Source of the DNA: Macrostomum lignano
Taxonomy: Eukaryota
Assembly (NCBI GenBank): GCA_002269645.1
Contig: NIVC01000346.1
Location: 124,001-188,000 of the forward strand
Direction: 5' to 3'
Length of the DNA stretch: 64,000 nucleotides
Each line of letters opens with the position of its first letter. The stretch's first letter is position 1. Positions 58,934 through 64,000 of the stretch are shown piece after piece. Both the position numbers and the translations under genes were made by a program. Below the pieces are notes generated by a model that saw only the letters and a program-made list of their open reading frames with translations, was not told the DNA's origin and did not search any database.

Positions 58934-61046
58934 TCAGCCCATCAAGCAGTAGTCCTGGAGCTGCTGGAACTCCGATCCGGTGAGGCTCCGACTGCTCATA
59001 CCGTAGCAGCGGATTGTGCCCTTGAAACTCCAATCATTTCTCAGGCTATAGCCAAGTTTCAGACACCCGAAGCGACCCTCAGGAGCGCTCCCGATGCTTC
59101 CATTTCGCGATGGCTCAGCGTACGTGATGCTTCCGTTGAAATAAAATTTCACACTTTCGGCATTGGCAGAGAACGCAGAGCCAACTGAGATCAAACCGAT
59201 TGAGTCATCGTTAGTAAACACGTTGTAAGCTGACCAACGTTGATACTGGAAATATCCGTTCATCCAATGAAAATAAGCGTACATCGTGCGACTATTTTTT
59301 GCCCAAGTGTTGGACGACTTGGTTCCGTTGCACTGTTGAATCCGGTGGTAGAATTTGTAGCTGAAAGTTTATTAATCAGGGTTTACGGGGTAAGACACTC
59401 AGATAATTTTCTTCAAACAGTCTTTACACCATGCAAGTATCCCCCAACTCACCTTCTGTCCAGTCCCCTCCTCACTCCCTGCCCCAGTCCCCCTCCTCAC
59501 TCCCTGCCCCAGCCCTCCTCCTCACTCCCTGCACCAGCCCCCTTCCGGCACCAGTCCCCCTTCTCACTCTCTGCACCAGCCCCTCCCTCCTCTCTTCCTG
59601 CACCAGCCCCTCCTCACTCCCTGCCCCAGTCCCCCTCCTCACTCCCTGCACCAGCCCCCTCCTCACTCCCTGCCCCATTCCCCCTCCTCACTTCCTGCCC
59701 CAGCCCCCTCCTCACTCCCTGCCCCAGCCCCCTCGTAACTCCCTGTCCCAATCCCCATCCTCACTCCCTGCCCCATTCCCCCTCCTCACTTCCTGCACCA
59801 GCCCCTCCTCACTCCCTGCACCAGCCCCCTCCTCACTCCCTGCCCCATTCCCCCTCCTCACTTCCTGCCCCAGCCCCCTCCTCACTCCCTGCCCCAGCCC
59901 CCTCGTAACTCCCTGTCCCAATCCCCATCCTCACTCCCTGCCCCATTCCCCCTCCTCACTTCCTGCACCAGCCCCTCCTCACTCCCTGCACCAGCCTGCC
60001 TCCTCATTCCCTGCCCAGGCCCCCTAGTCCTTATTCTCTGCTTTGCTTATCTATATCACTTTATCTCTTTCCTAATTGATCTCTAGCCAATTAAACGATA
60101 GTTAAGATAGCGTTGAAATATAGTCTCACCCGCTCGTCATGTTATGCCTAGCTAGCAGGTAGAATGAATAATTTCTATTAAAGTCCAAATCGTGCTCAAG
60201 ACCAGGCGTCTTAGCAATCAGATAGGAGTCGTTGTGCCCCATCAGCTGGGCACCGTCGGTCCCAAGGTTCACGTTGCGAGCGATGAGGCAATACTGCCTT
60301 GGATTCACCTCGTTCAGTAAGCCGCTGTGCGTGAATCGGTAAAACAATTTCATCTGCAGCTGGCTCAGTAGACCAGCGCGTTCTGAAATTATTCAAGAGG
60401 AATACGTTGCGACAGCGACTCTATACGTGGGGGAAGTGTAGAGTCGAAGGATCGTCTGAGTTTCTTTTGCTGACCAAGAAGCGAAATCAAATCTTGTACA
60501 AGTTGGGTCTTCTTCGTCTTTGAATTGACTGCTCACAAACAACGGATAGACAAGTTTCTGAGCATCTTCTCACACAAATTGGCTTGCTGAAACAAGCACT
60601 CTCTGAATTTTTTATGTGAATAAAAAATATCGATGGGGCCAAGCGTGCACGAGTCAGTGTCGCTTTTTACGCAACAAAAAGAGCCTTCTTGGTAGATTAA
60701 TTTGTGCTAGTCACTTACTAGCAGCCCCCGTATGCTGAAAAGTGTCGCAGCTTCCAGACGTCCATTGTTCCTCTGTCGAGCAGGAGTCGCCAGTGTAGCA
60801 CAGCCGAGTGCCCGGATCAAAGTGGAAGGCGTCACAAAGCGGCTGCAGGCTGCAGTGCACCGAGCACTCAGCGTTGCTGCCAACATTGGACGCCGCAATC
60901 ACTGCAGCGTCGGTGGGGCAGAGCGAAGTGCGTTGGAATGTCAGACTGTCCGTTTGGAAGCCGAGAGCAGAAGACAGCCGGCACCAGCATGTCATTAGCA
61001 TGACAATCAGTAGACATAGCTTCGAAATTCGCGTGCAGTGGCACAT
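58934..61046 (-). CDS. Secreted PAN/apple + LamG/pentraxin-like protein, about 335 aa, intact; exons 61046-60719, 60382-60130, 59360-58934
   Basis: Signal peptide; PAN motif SNAECSVHCSLQPLCDAFHFDPGTRLCY; C-terminus FGCLKLGYSLRNDWSFKGTIRCYGMSSRSLTGSEFQQL resembles the end of a LamG/pentraxin domain (F-x-G-x-I...L-x-x-x-E); introns are GT-AG in phases 1 and 2. Confidence 0.8.
59455..60025 (+). repeat. C-rich 21-23-bp minisatellite CCCCTCCTCACTCCCTGCCCCA (G-rich on the transcribed strand)
   Basis: About 25 units in intron 2 of the 58934-61046 gene. Confidence 0.93.
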
Positions 61047-61356
61047 TTTCTAAAAATTACAAAAGGTTGACAAGATGGACTGGGAGTCCGCTTCAGCTCC
61101 ATCATATTTTATCAGCACTGAGATTCCTACATGTGGGGAAATGTACGGGCGATTCTATTGGCTCTTCGTCAAGTTGCCATTGGCTACGGAAGCTGCCTAA
61201 TAAACCCCCACTTCATCTCAGTGTATTTCCTGTGTTTACTCTCAGATAATACTGCTGAAGTTGCTTTCTCCGAGGAAATCAAATTTGCTCGGGAGTATCT
61301 GCTTCTACTGACATCGAGGCTATGATTTGATATGACAGGCCTAAAAGTCTACATGA

Positions 61357-62790
61357 ACTTGACTTACCTGACTTTTCTGCAGGGTGCTCCAGGCATCTGA
61401 ATGCAGCGGGAGGCATTGAAGCCAAGTTCGCCTTAAACCCTGGCGACGACGGTCAGCTGGTGCTGCGGTATAGCGCAGGGAGATCCGGTGGTGCCGGTGT
61501 CCGCAGCGCAGTCCCCCTCCGGGAGAGTTCAGGAGGTAGATGGTCGCTCGCCCAAAAGCCCTCAGGTATCGGACGAGCAGCGAGCTGGCGAAAATGCTCG
61601 AGCCTGAAAACGTCGGAAAGGTCAGGAGTTTGGGCGAGGTAGGTGAGCCTGTCCTTAGTAAATGTGGGGTATTCACAAATTAGATGAGAATGCTGAGAAT
61701 GCTTTGCATTCTCAGAATCTAAGGGGATCTACCTTAGGAACACCTTGTTAGAGGCGCCTAAGCGGTTGAGCTGCCCGATACAGTCGAGGACTGTACGCGA
61801 GCAGGTGTTGGTTCGTTCAAGAGGGTGGATCGCCGCTTGACTGTCCAAGTGGGAGAGTAATCTCCTCCCGCAAGACTCGCAGATTGTAAAGCTTCATGGA
61901 GCAGGAGCTGATTGCGAGAACTTCATTCTGGAAGACGGTAGAGCAAGTGCCAGTGTGCTGGGAGAAGGTCGCCACGGTTCTCCCTCCAGACACGATGCAG
62001 TGGCCGTGGCCAGAGGCGGATTTGATTTGGGACCCGGCAGCGAACCAGTGAATTTCACAGAGTTGTCAGCTTCTCCCTGCCTCGTGGAGTGGTGGAATGC
62101 TGGTTTTCAATTCAAGCAGAGGGCGGAGCTTGAACAGGATTCTGTCCAAAAGGGTCAGAAGGCCCTCCCGTAGCTTCTAGGTCTCTCAGGTTGAGGTCGC
62201 CGTGCGGCCGGAGGTTCCATTTTCTGAGGGGGAACTGCTTCTGGGTGAGAACACCCGCGTCACGCAGTCTTTAGTCACAGACAAAGAAGTCCAGGGGCCG
62301 GGGAAGGTCCATGAAGGAGTTCACGCCAGCGAATGGCGTAGAGGGAGTCGCGCTCATGATGCCATGCGGCTTTAACTTACACCCTGTTGAGAGCATCAAG
62401 AACCCATTTTACCTCTAGGGCACTGTTCGGGGTTGAGGCCCAGGTAGCGTCGAAAGCTCTGCGGATCTGCGCGAGAGTCGCGAGAGCTTTGCGGACTTTG
62501 ATTTGGACGTGCGGGGTCCAGCTCAACCTGTGGTTGAGGGTGACGCCCAGACATCTGGTTTGTTTCTTCATGGTAACAGATTTGCCACAGAGAAAATCAT
62601 CCAATTTTGGTGGCTGGTCTTTGGTGGTGAACACGGTGGTCACGGTTTTAGACTCAGAGCTTAAGGCCGCAGCTGTGTGCCCAGCGCTTAGCACGGTGAA
62701 TGAAGGCTTGGAAGAGGTCTCTTAGGACCACGGGTGATGTTCCAGCCACACTAGCGGTATAACATCATCCACATAGCCGATGTACCGGGT
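61357..62790 (-). mobile_element. 5'-truncated, degenerate non-LTR retrotransposon (RT C-terminus, RNase H, CCHC remnant; I/LOA/R1-group-like)
   Basis: Minus strand gives IGYVDDV (YADD motif); CLGVTLNHRLSWTPHVQIKVRKA; RNase H motifs STVFQNEVLAI and DSQAAI...VLDCIGQLNRLGASNKVFLR*IP; HLICEYPTFTKDR; short AAGTC-like tail. Frameshifts and stops are present. Confidence 0.88.
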
Positions 62791-64000
62791 CCGGATATGG
62801 TCTGCTGAGTCATTAGTCCATGACCAAGTTCCAGAGAATCTGGCTAAGGACTCCACCTTTCTGAAGCGCCACAGAGCGGGACTGTCCGAGGAGATACTGG
62901 GATCAGGTGGCAGTCTGAAGTATCTACGTGTAAATTTCGCCTTTGTTGACTCGCCGGGGAAGAATTTCCCGTTGGATTTCCCCCTTCAGCGTTCTCTCCA
63001 GCAATCACTGCTGCAACCCAGAAAGTTGATGAAAAAGTGGCATCGTTAATAGCCGTTCAACGATGCCGATTTGTGAGCTAGGAAAGCTTTCAGTAGTGAA
63101 GAATTAAGCTTTTTAGCTCTTTTGTTTTTCGCACAGTTTCCCGGGGCTTTTGAATTATTGATTGAATGAAGCAGAATCGCCGGTTTTCTCTTTACAATGA
63201 ATTTCTTTTTTGATTGAATCGATCGAGTTGGCTTCCCGTAAGCAATTTGTCTCTTAGTCTCCCGCACATTTTACGAGCGTAGATCGCAACACTTTTTTCA
63301 GGCTCCAAAGTCAGTCATCAATGTAAAAAGAATGCGCGGAGTGCGTCCTAAAAACGAAGTTTTTTACGGAAATTCAACGCAAAAAGCTGTACCGGTAGGA
63401 TAGTATAGAATAGACTGATGATCTCCATTCTGTACGACATCTAAAGTTTAAAGCAAAAAAATCGGAGCTGCAACTGCGTTCCGCTTGCAGAATGCTTCTT
63501 TTCCTAAAATAATGAGCTTCAAACTACTTGCTGAGAGACATGGAGAGAGACGGCTGAAGCGTGAAAGCGTGAACACGCAATCGGGCACACGCAAAGGCGG
63601 CCAAAGCGGGTCGTAACGTTGACCTCCGCCTTGTCAATTTTGAGAAGAACCCTATAGCTATCGTTTAGTCGCTAAATATTTTTAAGCTCGTGAGTTTTCT
63701 CCAGTTTCACACATTTGCGATGCAGACATTCACGCGAAAATTACACACTTTCAAACACATTTACCACACGCAGTATTGTAGTAGGGGGGTTTAGTTCAAG
63801 CAGTTTTGCTAAGGGCGTTTGCCAAGGTTTCCGATTCGTCGAGTCAATTATTTTAGTAGCATGAATTCTAGAATAAGCAGTTTTGCTTTTGTTGTTAAAA
63901 CGAGGTGCCGTCGAAACCGGCGCGGGTCAGTTCCGAAGAACTCTGCCGCAGTTATATTTTGTATTTGATCGAAAGAATTAAAAATATTTACAAGATTTCG

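Overview
Eukaryotic (animal) genomic DNA. Exons and unique islands are separated by many different mini- and microsatellite arrays; this style resembles the flatworm Macrostomum, but that assignment is inference only. Six spliced protein genes and one pseudogene can be built by hand with GT-AG junctions and consistent phase: (1) an Iroquois TALE homeobox gene (+, 7414-11466); (2) a LAP-family LRR-LAPSD-single-PDZ gene (Erbin/Densin/LET-413 type; -, 23315-33127) with a 35-copy coding minisatellite and an apparent homopolymer frameshift; (3) an uncharacterised EGF-like/TSP1 type I membrane protein (+, 45516-50567); (4) a calumenin/reticulocalbin (CREC) EF-hand protein ending in HDEL (-, 51043-54644); (5-7) three secreted PAN/apple + LamG/pentraxin-like paralogues (43558-44869 -, frameshifted; 55329-56809 +; 58934-61046 -), two of which share a near-identical tract. 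Mobile DNA includes two SINE families (one CORE-like), a mariner relic, a Penelope GIY-YIG relic with a hammerhead-like remnant, an RT-RNase H LINE relic, two 8-bp-TSD elements with CC..GG ends, and TA-flanked foldback MITEs. The most striking unexplained signal is a sharply bounded, almost CpG-free domain of about 6.2 kb (33.3-39.5 kb) in an otherwise CpG-rich window. Most long ORFs in the supplied track are artefacts of tandem repeats.
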